This document shows, piece after piece, positions 37,924-46,708 of a stretch of 64,000 nt of DNA. A program made the position numbers and the translations under genes. The stretch is taken from positions 353,181 through 417,180 of the forward strand of contig SCUM01000001.1 of assembly GCA_004297215.1 (NCBI GenBank), in the 5' to 3' direction. The notes under the pieces are model-generated. The model had not been told where the DNA came from. It did no database searches and worked only from the letters and a program-made list of their open reading frames with translations. Source of the stretch: Patescibacteria group bacterium. Lineage in GTDB: Bacteria; Patescibacteriota; Patescibacteriia; UBA9934; GWF2-40-263. Position 1 is the stretch's first letter. Each line of letters begins with the position of its first letter.

Positions 37924-39156
37924 TCAGAGGAACTTGTGCAGGTCGTAGCCGATCTCGTACGCCTGATCGTAGTTCGGTCCGTTCTTGTGATTCAGGCATT
38001 CGATCATGGCTTGGATTCCGACCGTGAACCGCGCGATGGCGTTCGCCGAGGCGTACTCGGGCGTCGCTGGTGGCTGTGCCGCGGCGATGCTGTTCAGCAC
38101 GGTGAGAAACAGTTCGAGTTGCTCCACCGTCGGCACGAACTTCCCTTTGGCCGCGAGCGAAAGCGGGATCATCACGAGGTGGTAGCGGCGACCGCCGTGA
38201 AGGTGGCGAACAAGATTCCGCCCCTTCTCGAACAGTGCCTTCGCGCCGACGAGGTTTCCCTCACGCAGCGCCGCGGCCATCGCGGGAAAGTCCTTCTTGC
38301 ACTGGTAGCCGAAGAACCGGCAGAACGGGCTGATGATCATGCCGATCATGCGCTTCGCATGCGCGTCGATGCGGTCGGCCGTCTGGTGCCGCCTCTCCGG
38401 CGTCCACCAGTCGTCCGGCTTCGCCGCGGCTTCCGTGCATTGCTCGTCGAACGCATCGATGGCGTCGTAGACCCGGCCGACGAGGCGGGTGACGACGAAG
38501 ACGCGGGTGTCGAGGTAGACGGGGACCGTCTCTTCCTCCTCGATACGGGCGTCATTCTCCTCGATGGCGAGGTTCAGCATGTACGTGACGACGGACGGAT
38601 TGTTCCGGCCGCGCGAGTCCGCGAGAACCCGGCCGCGGGCAAGTCGCTTCTGCGCTTTCACCTTGTGCTCGTTGCGCGGTTTGCCGAACCGGTCCGGGGT
38701 AGCGTTCGCCTGTTCCCGGAACCCCTCGACGGCGGCGATGCCTCCGTGACCGACGAACTTCGCCTGCTGACGCAGGAGCCGCAGCTCGCGCGCGGCCTCT
38801 TTCAGGTTCGGCACGCTCACGAGATACTCGCCGACAGCCTGGTCGATGCCGCGGACGAACTCCTGCGGCTGACGGAACACCTGGCAGGGTTCGAACGGGC
38901 TGTTCTCGGGAAGAGCCAGGCGCTTGCCGAGCTCGACGTGACGATTGAGAAGGTCGCCTTCCCAGACGATCTGTTCGTCCTGATCCGTGTCGTTTGCCGA
39001 CTCGGTCGCGACGTACACCCCGTCCATGATTTCGCCGACTTCCGCGCGCATCTGAACGCGGCCTTTGAGCGCGATGGCATGCGGCTTGCGCGGCAGGTTG
39101 AACGGGTCGGGATCGGGGAGGTTGGCGATGTCGATGAGCTCGCGCCTTTGAACCAC
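37924..39156 (-). CDS. Hypothetical protein
   Basis: 410-aa ORF with AGAGGT RBS and TTGACA promoter at 39223. Confidence 0.65.
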   Translation of the reverse strand: MVQRRELIDIANLPDPDPFNLPRKPHAIALKGRVQMRAEVGEIMDGVYVATESANDTDQDEQIVWEGDLLNRHVELGKRLALPENSPFEPCQVFRQPQEFVRGIDQAVGEYLVSVPNLKEAARELRLLRQQAKFVGHGGIAAVEGFREQANATPDRFGKPRNEHKVKAQKRLARGRVLADSRGRNNPSVVTYMLNLAIEENDARIEEEETVPVYLDTRVFVVTRLVGRVYDAIDAFDEQCTEAAAKPDDWWTPERRHQTADRIDAHAKRMIGMIISPFCRFFGYQCKKDFPAMAAALREGNLVGAKALFEKGRNLVRHLHGGRRYHLVMIPLSLAAKGKFVPTVEQLELFLTVLNSIAAAQPPATPEYASANAIARFTVGIQAMIECLNHKNGPNYDQAYEIGYDLHKFL

Positions 39157-39228
39157 GGGACACCTCTTTGTTTGGTTGCCAGTCTGGCTTGCCGACCCTA
39201 CGACAAAAACGGACCCGTGTCAATGGAT

Positions 39229-39374
39229 AAAACTTGAAATAGGAAAACTTGAAGTACCAACGGACACGTGAAAGGACGAAAAAGCGAAACGTTTCAAACC
39301 GTTTCGCCTTTTCGTTCTTCAAACGTTTTTCCACCCTCGTTCAAGATTTCAAGTTTTCCTGTTTCAAGTTTTCG
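39229..39374. repeat. MITE-like inverted-repeat element (AAAACTTGAA...TTCAAGTTTT)
   Basis: Same terminal repeats as 585-725. Confidence 0.7.
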
Positions 39375-39375
39375 T

Positions 39376-41037
39376 TCACCAGCTCCCTCCGCCTCCGCCG
39401 CCAAACCCTCCCCCTGACGAACCGCCTCCGCCGCTTCCGCCAGAACTCGCCGGCGCCGACGCGGCATTAAGCGACGAGATGAAGCTATCCATGCTGTTTC
39501 CGAATGACGATGCATCCCAGGCCGACCCGGCGGGACCCGCGTACCACGCAGGCGACGCCGTTTGCTTTTCCGCGAGCGCGGAAGCCCACTTGTCGGCCAC
39601 CCCGAAGACGATGGCGTAGGGCAACAGCTTCTCGAAGATCCCCTGCTCCTCCTGCCAGCGCGACCGGTACTTTTCCGCTACCGACAGGTACTCCTTGAGC
39701 CCGAGCCCGCGGTCGGCCACGATGGCTCCCTTCTCGGTCTTCTTCGGCATGAACGGGGCGAACAGGAGGAAGAACCCGCCGGTCGTGATGAGCGAAATCA
39801 TGGCGATGGGCCGCCCGGTGATGGCCGCCGCCTGCGCGCCGAGCAGGATGCCCACGGCGAGCACCAGGATCCCGATGACCGCATGCGCGAACCGTTCCGT
39901 GCGCGGGTTCTTCACGTAATAGCCGTCGTCGGCCATGTGCCGGTACAGGGCGTCTTCCAAGGCACGGCGCGCCTTCGCCGTCGCCGCGTCGGAGCCGGAC
40001 AATCCCACTTCGGTCCTCCCCTCGAACAGGAGGTCGAGGAACGCGCGTTCATGCGGCTTGAGGTCGCCGTCCGGCCTCTTGAGCGTCAACGCGTAGTCCT
40101 TGTCCTTTTGCTCGATCGTGAGGAACCCGCGCACGGCCAGGTCCACCACCGTCGCCGCGAAGGCGCGCTGCACGCGGGCGGAAACGAGCGTCCCGAGCTC
40201 GGCCGGACGCAGCCCGGCGGGCGGCTCGTACTCCGCGACGATCGGCCTTTTCCCTTTCGGATCCTCTCCGTGATGCCGCCAACGATGGAACAGGACGAGG
40301 AACGCGAACAACGGGACGATCGGGAAAAACAGGTCCCAGTTGTCCGAAAGCCACCAGGCAAGCCGCGCTTGCGTGCCCGGCTCATGCGCCAGGTTCTTCG
40401 GGAACCGCACCGAGACGGTCATCGGTCCGGTGGCGGACATCCGGATCCCGTCCTTCACGAGCGTGAGCTCGCAGGAGGAGCCGGAAGAGGGGAAACACTC
40501 GTTGCGCAGGTCGCCCGCCGCGGCCCCGGCCACCTTCACGGTCGCCCGCACGGAAGGGAGCGGCGCGTCCCACGCGTCGCCGGTGACGTTCCAATACAGC
40601 TCATCCTCCAAGTCGCGGAACAGCAACGCGTTTTCCACGTGGTACGCAAGGTCGTAGCGGAAGTCGCCCGCGAAGGTGGCGTCCGGTTCGCCGATCTTGA
40701 TCACCTGGTACGCGCCGGAGCGGTAGCTCTCGAACGGCGCGCGCTCCCCGTCGCGCCGGACCGAGTCGACCCGCAGGCGGATGCGGTGCGTGGACCCGTC
40801 GGGACGCTCGTATGCGACCGGGATGAACCGGAACAATCCGTGGCGCGGTTCTTCGAACGAGCCCGTGATCTCCTCGGCCACGTCGAAGGATCCGTCCGAT
40901 CGCACCTCGATGTCCGAGCCAAACGACGTGAACGTGACGCCGCCCTGTCCTTGTGCGGACGCGGAGGCCGCGAAACAGAGAAGGCTAGCGAAGGAAGCGG
41001 CGACGGTTGTCCAGATGCTCCTCGAACGTGCGCGCAT
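39376..41037 (-). CDS. DUF2207 membrane protein
   Basis: ELYWNVTG, VDLAVRG, EKLLPYAIVFG and Gly-rich tail ending GGGGGSW. Confidence 0.92.
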   Translation of the reverse strand: MRARSRSIWTTVAASFASLLCFAASASAQGQGGVTFTSFGSDIEVRSDGSFDVAEEITGSFEEPRHGLFRFIPVAYERPDGSTHRIRLRVDSVRRDGERAPFESYRSGAYQVIKIGEPDATFAGDFRYDLAYHVENALLFRDLEDELYWNVTGDAWDAPLPSVRATVKVAGAAAGDLRNECFPSSGSSCELTLVKDGIRMSATGPMTVSVRFPKNLAHEPGTQARLAWWLSDNWDLFFPIVPLFAFLVLFHRWRHHGEDPKGKRPIVAEYEPPAGLRPAELGTLVSARVQRAFAATVVDLAVRGFLTIEQKDKDYALTLKRPDGDLKPHERAFLDLLFEGRTEVGLSGSDAATAKARRALEDALYRHMADDGYYVKNPRTERFAHAVIGILVLAVGILLGAQAAAITGRPIAMISLITTGGFFLLFAPFMPKKTEKGAIVADRGLGLKEYLSVAEKYRSRWQEEQGIFEKLLPYAIVFGVADKWASALAEKQTASPAWYAGPAGSAWDASSFGNSMDSFISSLNAASAPASSGGSGGGGSSGGGFGGGGGGSW

Positions 41038-41932
41038 ATTTCACTTCCCCTTCGGGAGTGGTGAGGAAATAGTAATAGGGGTTCTTCGTCGGATGCTCCG
41101 CCGCCTGGATGGCATCGATCCCCGGGTTGCCGATCGGTCCCGGCGGAAGGCCGGGATACCGGTACGTATTATACGGCGAATCCACTTGCAGGTCTTCATA
41201 GGTGACGCTCGGGCGGTTCCCGCCGGTCGCATAATTCACCGTGGAGTCCGCCTGCAGGGCCATCCCGATCTCCAGGCGCTTGCGGAAGATGTCGGAAACC
41301 TGCGCCATATCCTCTGCCCCCCGTACCTCGCGCTCGAGGATGGAGGCGAGGGTAAGCGTCTTCACGAAGTCCTCCCCTTGGACGATTCCGTTTTCCGCGA
41401 GTCGCAGGCCAAACGTGGCGCGGAGCTTCCCGACCACGTCTTCACTCGTCGCGTCCGTGTGGAACCGATAGGTGTCCGGGAACAGGTACCCTTCGAGCCC
41501 CGCGGTTGCCGCATCCCACTCCTCTTTCGTGATATGCGGCAAAGCAGCACGCGTCACCTCGCCGATCTGTCTCACCGTGTACCCTTCCGGAATGGTAATC
41601 TCCACCTCCTCTCCCGCGGTCGACAGGCTCAAGATGGAAAGCAGGGCCACGTAGCTCATCCCCTCCTTCAACGTGAACGTGCCGGCCTTAAGGCGCGGCG
41701 CCGCGCCGGTCAGCCGTGCGAACGCCCTGAACGCGAACGGGCTCTCGATGATCCCGGCCTCCTGCAGCTGTCCGGCCACCGTCCGCGCCGTCGCGCCGGA
41801 AGGGACCGTCAACGAGATTTCTTCCGCTCCCGGTCCTGGAGCGATGAGGATGGCGTCGTACGCCACGGAACCTGCCCAGGCGACGAATGCAAGAGAGCAA
41901 GAAATGGCGAAGAGAAGGAAGAATCGGCTCAT
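40985..41932 (-). CDS. mltG: Endolytic transglycosylase MltG
   Basis: TIPEG, EGYLFPDTY, ASILERE and SPYNTY..GLPPGPI motifs. Confidence 0.95.
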   Translation of the reverse strand: MSRFFLLFAISCSLAFVAWAGSVAYDAILIAPGPGAEEISLTVPSGATARTVAGQLQEAGIIESPFAFRAFARLTGAAPRLKAGTFTLKEGMSYVALLSILSLSTAGEEVEITIPEGYTVRQIGEVTRAALPHITKEEWDAATAGLEGYLFPDTYRFHTDATSEDVVGKLRATFGLRLAENGIVQGEDFVKTLTLASILEREVRGAEDMAQVSDIFRKRLEIGMALQADSTVNYATGGNRPSVTYEDLQVDSPYNTYRYPGLPPGPIGNPGIDAIQAAEHPTKNPYYYFLTTPEGEVKYARTFEEHLDNRRRFLR

Positions 41933-42927
41933 ACCACGTGAGGATAGCGTCCCTTGAGCTTCTCGACCACCTCCTTCACGCGCTGCGCGTCGGATTTCTT
42001 GCACACCAGGAGCGCTTCGGGCGTGTCCACCACGACGACGTCATCCAGCCCGAGCACGGCCACGGGCTTGTTCCCGTACGCATACACGAGCGACCCGCGC
42101 GTGTCGACGAGCACCGAGTCGCCGCGCTCCACATTCGCTCCTTCCTCCGCGAGCTGCGCATGCAGCGCGTCCCAGCTCCCCACGTCGCTCCAGGGGAACG
42201 TGCCCTGGATCACCGTCATGGCCGACGCGGGCATGCGTTCGGTGACGACGCGATCGAACGAGGCGCGCGCGCCCGAGAGGATTTCCGGCGCGTACCGGTC
42301 GCAGGCCTCGACGAACATCCGCGGGGTGGCCATGTAATAGTTCGCGTGCCAGAGATACGACCCGTCCTCGAGATACGACTTGGCCGTCTCGTAGTCCGGC
42401 TTCTCGGCGTGGCCCAGGAACTCGAACGCGTCCACCGCGCCGTCGCATGCCACCATCGTCCCGATGCGCGTATAGCCGAGGCCGGTGCTCGGGAACGTCG
42501 GCGCGATGCCGATGTCCGCGAACGTGCCGCGTTGCTTCACGATAAGCTCTCCGGCGGACAAGCAACGCAAGAACGCTTCATCATCGCCGATGAAGTGGTC
42601 GGACGGGACAAACACCAAGGGTTCGTCCGGCGCAACGTCCATAAGCGCCGCGGCGGCGAACCGCATGGCTGGCCCCGTGTCGCGTCGTTCAGGTTCGACA
42701 AGGATGCGCCCGACGAGCTCCGGGAGTTCCATCGCGACCAGCTCCGCCACCTCGGGAGCGACGCACGCGTAGATCTTTTCCGACGGGATCGACCGCAGCA
42801 GCCGCCGGTACGTGTCACGCAACAACGACTCCTCGGTGAGGAGTGCGGCGAACTGCTTTGGCTTGGCCGTGCGGGAAAGCGGCCACAACCGCACCCCTCC
42901 CCCGCCGCAGAGGATGATGGCGCGCAT
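41929..42927 (-). CDS. manC: Mannose-1-phosphate guanylyltransferase
   Basis: GGGGVRLWPLSR..PKQF, PSDH, EKPD and WSDVGSW motifs. Confidence 0.92.
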   Translation of the reverse strand: MRAIILCGGGGVRLWPLSRTAKPKQFAALLTEESLLRDTYRRLLRSIPSEKIYACVAPEVAELVAMELPELVGRILVEPERRDTGPAMRFAAAALMDVAPDEPLVFVPSDHFIGDDEAFLRCLSAGELIVKQRGTFADIGIAPTFPSTGLGYTRIGTMVACDGAVDAFEFLGHAEKPDYETAKSYLEDGSYLWHANYYMATPRMFVEACDRYAPEILSGARASFDRVVTERMPASAMTVIQGTFPWSDVGSWDALHAQLAEEGANVERGDSVLVDTRGSLVYAYGNKPVAVLGLDDVVVVDTPEALLVCKKSDAQRVKEVVEKLKGRYPHVV

Positions 42928-42930
42928 AGC

Positions 42931-43404
42931 TCAGTCAATGATACCGGTTGAAAGGAGGATCCATACCGCTGCGTATACGGCCAGGAATCCGACGAGGGCG
43001 CCCACCAACGTATCGGTCGGATAATGAACGCGGACGCGGACGCGCGACCAGGCCATGAGAACGGCCGACAGGACGAACAGCGGGGCGAACGGCTCGCCGT
43101 CAAACAGATAGACGTAGGCGATCGCTGATGCGATTGCCGTGTGCGCAGACGGGAATGAAGGGGTCTCCCACAACATCTTGATGAGAGCCTTCTCTCCGTT
43201 TTGGAACGGACGGCGTCGATGGAATGCCAGCTGGAGAAGGAATGCGAACAGCCAGGCGAGGAATACGGGAAGGATCAGGAGCAACAACCCCGTATATCTC
43301 GACAGCAGGAGCCCAAGACACAGGATGACGAAAATCAAATACGTCGCGCACCAAATGGCGACGCGGTCCAAAATGTTTTTCGGCTGGGCCAGTTCGGTGG
43401 TCAT
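42931..43404 (-). CDS. PAP2 family phosphatase
   Basis: RRRPF, SFPSAH and SRVRVRVHYPTD motifs. Confidence 0.9.
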   Translation of the reverse strand: MTTELAQPKNILDRVAIWCATYLIFVILCLGLLLSRYTGLLLLILPVFLAWLFAFLLQLAFHRRRPFQNGEKALIKMLWETPSFPSAHTAIASAIAYVYLFDGEPFAPLFVLSAVLMAWSRVRVRVHYPTDTLVGALVGFLAVYAAVWILLSTGIID

Positions 43405-43407
43405 ACG

Positions 43408-44997
43408 TTACAACAGCGCCGTCCCCGTCATCTCCGGCGGCTGCGGGATTCCCAAGACGGACAGGACCGTGGGCGCCACGTCGGCGAGCATGCCGACCGG
43501 CTGCATGAGCGAGAGGTCGCCATCGGGTACTTCCCCGGCAGGCGACGGCACCCCCTTGAACCGGTTCCCGACGATGACGAACGGCACGGGGTTCGTGGCA
43601 TGTTCCTTGTCGATCTCGCCGGTGCGCACGTTGAGCACCTCCTCGCCGTTGCCATGGTCGGCCGTGAGGAACAGGACGCCGTCCTTCTCAAGCACGGCGT
43701 CCACCACCTTCCCGAGGAACCCGTCCACCGCCTCCATCGCCTTCATGGTCGCCGGAAGGTTACCGGTATGCCCCACCATGTCGGGGTTGGCGTAATTCAT
43801 GATGATGAGGTCGTCCTCCCCTTTGCCGATCGCCTCGATCACGCGGTCGGTGAGGTCCGCGCCGCTCATCGCGGGCGCCTCGTCATAGGAGGCCACGCGG
43901 GGGCTTGGCACCAGGATGCGCCGCTCGCCCTTGAACGGCTCCTCTCGCGTGCCATTCACGAAGAAGGTGACGTGCGCGTATTTCTCGGTCTCGGCGATGT
44001 GCAGCTGCGTGAGTCCGGCATCGGAGACGGTCTCGGCCAGCGTCTTGGAAACGGCGACCGGGGGATAGGCGACTTCCACCGGGAGTCCGGACTGGTATTC
44101 CACCATGGTGACGGGAAGCAGGTCCTTGATCGTGGCGCGCGGGAACCGCGTGAAGTCCGGGATGACGAACGCCTTCACGAGCTCGCGCATGCGGTCCGGG
44201 CGGAAGTTGAAGAAGATGACCGCGTCGCCGTCCTTGACCGTCGCGACCGGCTTGTCCGCGTCCGTCATCACGGTCGGGACGAATTGCTCGTCATACACCT
44301 CGCGCGCGTAGCTCTCCCTGATGGCCATGATCGGGTCGCTCGCGGTCTCGCCGACCCCCGCCGCCATCGCGTCATACGCCTTCTGGACCCGATCCCATCG
44401 GTTGTCCCGGTCCATGGAATAATAGCGGCCGCTCATGCTCGCGAGCTTCCCGACCTTCAGCTTCTTCATCGTCGCGAGGAGCTTCCCGACGAAGTCGATG
44501 CCGGCGTTGTAGAGCGTGTCGCGCCCGTCGAGGATAGCGTGCACGAACACCTTCTCGGCTTTCTGCTTCTTGCACAGCTCAAGCAGCGCGAAGCAATGCT
44601 CATCCATGGAATGCACGCGCCCGGCGCTCACGAGCCCGATGAGATGGATCGCGCTCCCGTTCTTCTTCGCATGCCCGATCGCCTTCCGGAACGCCTCGTT
44701 CTCGAAAAAATCGCCGCTGACGATGTCGCGGTTGATGCGCGGGAAGGTCTGGTAGTACACGCGCCCGGCGCCGATGGCGAGATGCCCCACCTCCGAGTTG
44801 CCCATTTCGCCCCACGAGAGCCCCACCTCCTCGCCGGAAGCGCGCAGCGTCATGGTGGGATAGTCGCGGATGAGCGACCGGAACACCGGCATCTTGGCAC
44901 GCGTGACCGCATTCCCCGGCCCATCCGGCGCCACGCCAAACCCATCAAGCACCATGAGCACCGCGGGTTTGGGGCGTTTATTCGAGGCATCTGCCAT
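43408..44997 (-). CDS. gpmI: 2,3-BPG-independent phosphoglycerate mutase
   Basis: LDGFG, GNSEVGH, ETEKYAHVT, DMVGHTG and TADHGN motifs. Confidence 0.97.
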   Translation of the reverse strand: MADASNKRPKPAVLMVLDGFGVAPDGPGNAVTRAKMPVFRSLIRDYPTMTLRASGEEVGLSWGEMGNSEVGHLAIGAGRVYYQTFPRINRDIVSGDFFENEAFRKAIGHAKKNGSAIHLIGLVSAGRVHSMDEHCFALLELCKKQKAEKVFVHAILDGRDTLYNAGIDFVGKLLATMKKLKVGKLASMSGRYYSMDRDNRWDRVQKAYDAMAAGVGETASDPIMAIRESYAREVYDEQFVPTVMTDADKPVATVKDGDAVIFFNFRPDRMRELVKAFVIPDFTRFPRATIKDLLPVTMVEYQSGLPVEVAYPPVAVSKTLAETVSDAGLTQLHIAETEKYAHVTFFVNGTREEPFKGERRILVPSPRVASYDEAPAMSGADLTDRVIEAIGKGEDDLIIMNYANPDMVGHTGNLPATMKAMEAVDGFLGKVVDAVLEKDGVLFLTADHGNGEEVLNVRTGEIDKEHATNPVPFVIVGNRFKGVPSPAGEVPDGDLSLMQPVGMLADVAPTVLSVLGIPQPPEMTGTALL

Positions 44998-45066
44998 AGG
45001 TGGGGACATTGTAGCAGAAACCAAACCCCGTCCTCTTAGAGAGGCGGGGTGGTTGGTCCCGAGCCA

Positions 45067-45143
45067 TGGTGGAGCCGACGGGATTCGAACCCGTAATGCC
45101 AGGTGTCAACCCTAGTGAGGTTGCCAATTACCTCCACGGCCCC
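45067..45143 (-). tRNA. Atypical tRNA: Ala-type acceptor stem (G3:U70, A73) with anticodon loop GUUGACA (reads UGA; GAC in a shifted register)
   Basis: 77-nt cloverleaf GGGGCCG/CGGCTCC-ACCA, D stem GAGG/CCTC, anticodon stem CTAGG/CCTGG, T arm ACGGG-TTCGAAT-CCCGT. Confidence 0.8.
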
Positions 45144-45176
45144 GGCAACGTTTCCGTTGCGGCCCGGGATGTGAAC

Positions 45177-45211
45177 AAAAAAGACCCCCTCAAATTGAGA
45201 GGGTCGTTTTT
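45177..45211. terminator. Bidirectional intrinsic terminator between the promoter and the atypical tRNA
   Basis: AAAAAA-gaccccctcaa/ttgagagggtc-GTTTTT. Confidence 0.7.
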
Positions 45212-45252
45212 GTGACACCTGGATGGAGGAAATGCCTCACTAGGATATTAGG

Positions 45253-45281
45253 AGCGTATCAGTTTCCCGCGAAAATGTCAA
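45253..45281 (-). promoter_or_regulatory. Sigma70-like promoter
   Basis: TTGACA-17 nt-TACGCT on the minus strand. Confidence 0.65.
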
Positions 45282-45349
45282 TCTTCACCTGTGGATTGTT
45301 TAATCGCCGAACTCTTCTGAACAGCCATTGCCTGGCGGTCAGATTCATA

Positions 45350-46609
45350 TCAGGCCGTTTCCTCCTCAATCTCCATCAGCCGGTTGTATTTGGCGAGGCG
45401 TTCGGAACGCGATAACGAACCGGTCTTGATGTACTCGGCGTTCACGGCGACGGCAAGGTCCGCGATCGTCGTGTCTTCCGTTTCCCCTGAACGATGCGAC
45501 ACGGAAACCTTGTAGCCGCTCTTTTGCGCGAGGAGGATCGCATCGACGGCTTCGGACAATGATCCGATCTGGTTCACCTTGATGAGGATGGCGTTGGCGC
45601 ACCCATGCGCCACGCCCTGTTCCAGCCGCGCGACGTTGGTGACGAAGAAGTCGTCGCCTACGAGCGCGAGCTTCGCGCCCAGCGTCTCGGTGAGCTTTTC
45701 CCAGCCGTCCCAGTCGTCTTCCGCGAGGCCGTCCTCAAGCGAGACGATCGGATATCTCTTGGCGAGCGCCTTCCAATACGCGATCATCTGGTCGCTCGTG
45801 AACGTCTTCCCGTCGGCTTTCAACACGTAGCGCTTGCGCTTCGCGTCATAGAACTCGCTCGCGGCAGGGTCCATGGCGAGCATCACGTCCTTTCCCGCCT
45901 TGTACCCGGCGGCCGCGATCGCTTTCATGATGGCTTTGAGCGCATCCTCGTTTTTCTTGAACGGCACCGCATAGCCGCCCTCGTCGCCCTTCAGCGTGGA
46001 GTATCCCTGCTTCTTGAGAAGGTCGCCCAGCGCATGGAAGATCTCCGCGCCGCAACGGACGCGTTCGGCAAACTTCTTCTGCATCGGCGCCACCATGAAC
46101 TCCTGGAAATCGATCGCCCAGCCGGCGTGCACGCCGCCGTTCAGGATGTTCATCGTTGGGGTGGGGAGTCGGTAGGGGGTAGGGGGTAGGTGGTAGGCGC
46201 GGCGGAGGTAGGCGTAGAGCGGCATCTTCTTCGCGTTCGCGGCGGCGTGCGCCACGGCGAGCGACACGCCGAGGATGGCGTTGGCCCCGAGCTTTCCCTT
46301 GTTGAGCGTCCCGTCGAGCGCGCACATCCGCGCGTCCACGTCGCGCTGCTTCGTGGCGTCCATGCCGATCACGGCCTTGGCAATCGGGCCGTTCACGTTC
46401 TTCACGGCCTTGAGGACGCCTTTGCCGAAGTAGCGCAACGGATCGCCGTCGCGAAGCTCGAGCGCCTCGTGGCTCCCGGTGGATGCGCCGCTCGGGACGG
46501 AAGCCGTTCCAACCGCGCCGCCCTCAAGCATCACCGTCGCCTGGACCGTCGGGTTGCCTCGGCTGTCGAGGATCTCATGCGCGTGGACGGAGGAGATTTT
46601 GGTGGACAT
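45350..46609 (-). CDS. eno: Enolase
   Basis: [27 protein letters not shown] and KYNRL motifs. Confidence 0.98.
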   Translation of the reverse strand: MSTKISSVHAHEILDSRGNPTVQATVMLEGGAVGTASVPSGASTGSHEALELRDGDPLRYFGKGVLKAVKNVNGPIAKAVIGMDATKQRDVDARMCALDGTLNKGKLGANAILGVSLAVAHAAANAKKMPLYAYLRRAYHLPPTPYRLPTPTMNILNGGVHAGWAIDFQEFMVAPMQKKFAERVRCGAEIFHALGDLLKKQGYSTLKGDEGGYAVPFKKNEDALKAIMKAIAAAGYKAGKDVMLAMDPAASEFYDAKRKRYVLKADGKTFTSDQMIAYWKALAKRYPIVSLEDGLAEDDWDGWEKLTETLGAKLALVGDDFFVTNVARLEQGVAHGCANAILIKVNQIGSLSEAVDAILLAQKSGYKVSVSHRSGETEDTTIADLAVAVNAEYIKTGSLSRSERLAKYNRLMEIEEETA

Positions 46610-46612
46610 ATG

Positions 46613-46705
46613 AAAGGGTTGTAAGGGTTTAAAGGGTTGTAAAGGTGTTGGAATTCTTTTTTGTAAAAAGGCTCCTTCACCTTTATCACTTTTACAACCT
46701 TTTCC
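46613..46705. repeat. Nonamer-periodic inverted repeat (AAAGGGTTG / CAACCTTTT)
   Basis: 9-bp tandem units on both arms between pgk and eno. Confidence 0.6.
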
Positions 46706-46708
46706 ACC

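Noticed and set aside
45067-45143. tmRNA, since the ends GGGGCCG and CGGCTCCACCA resemble ssrA
   Set aside because: The 5' and 3' acceptor strands are only 77 nt apart with a full D arm and anticodon arm; no tag reading frame or permuted layout is seen.
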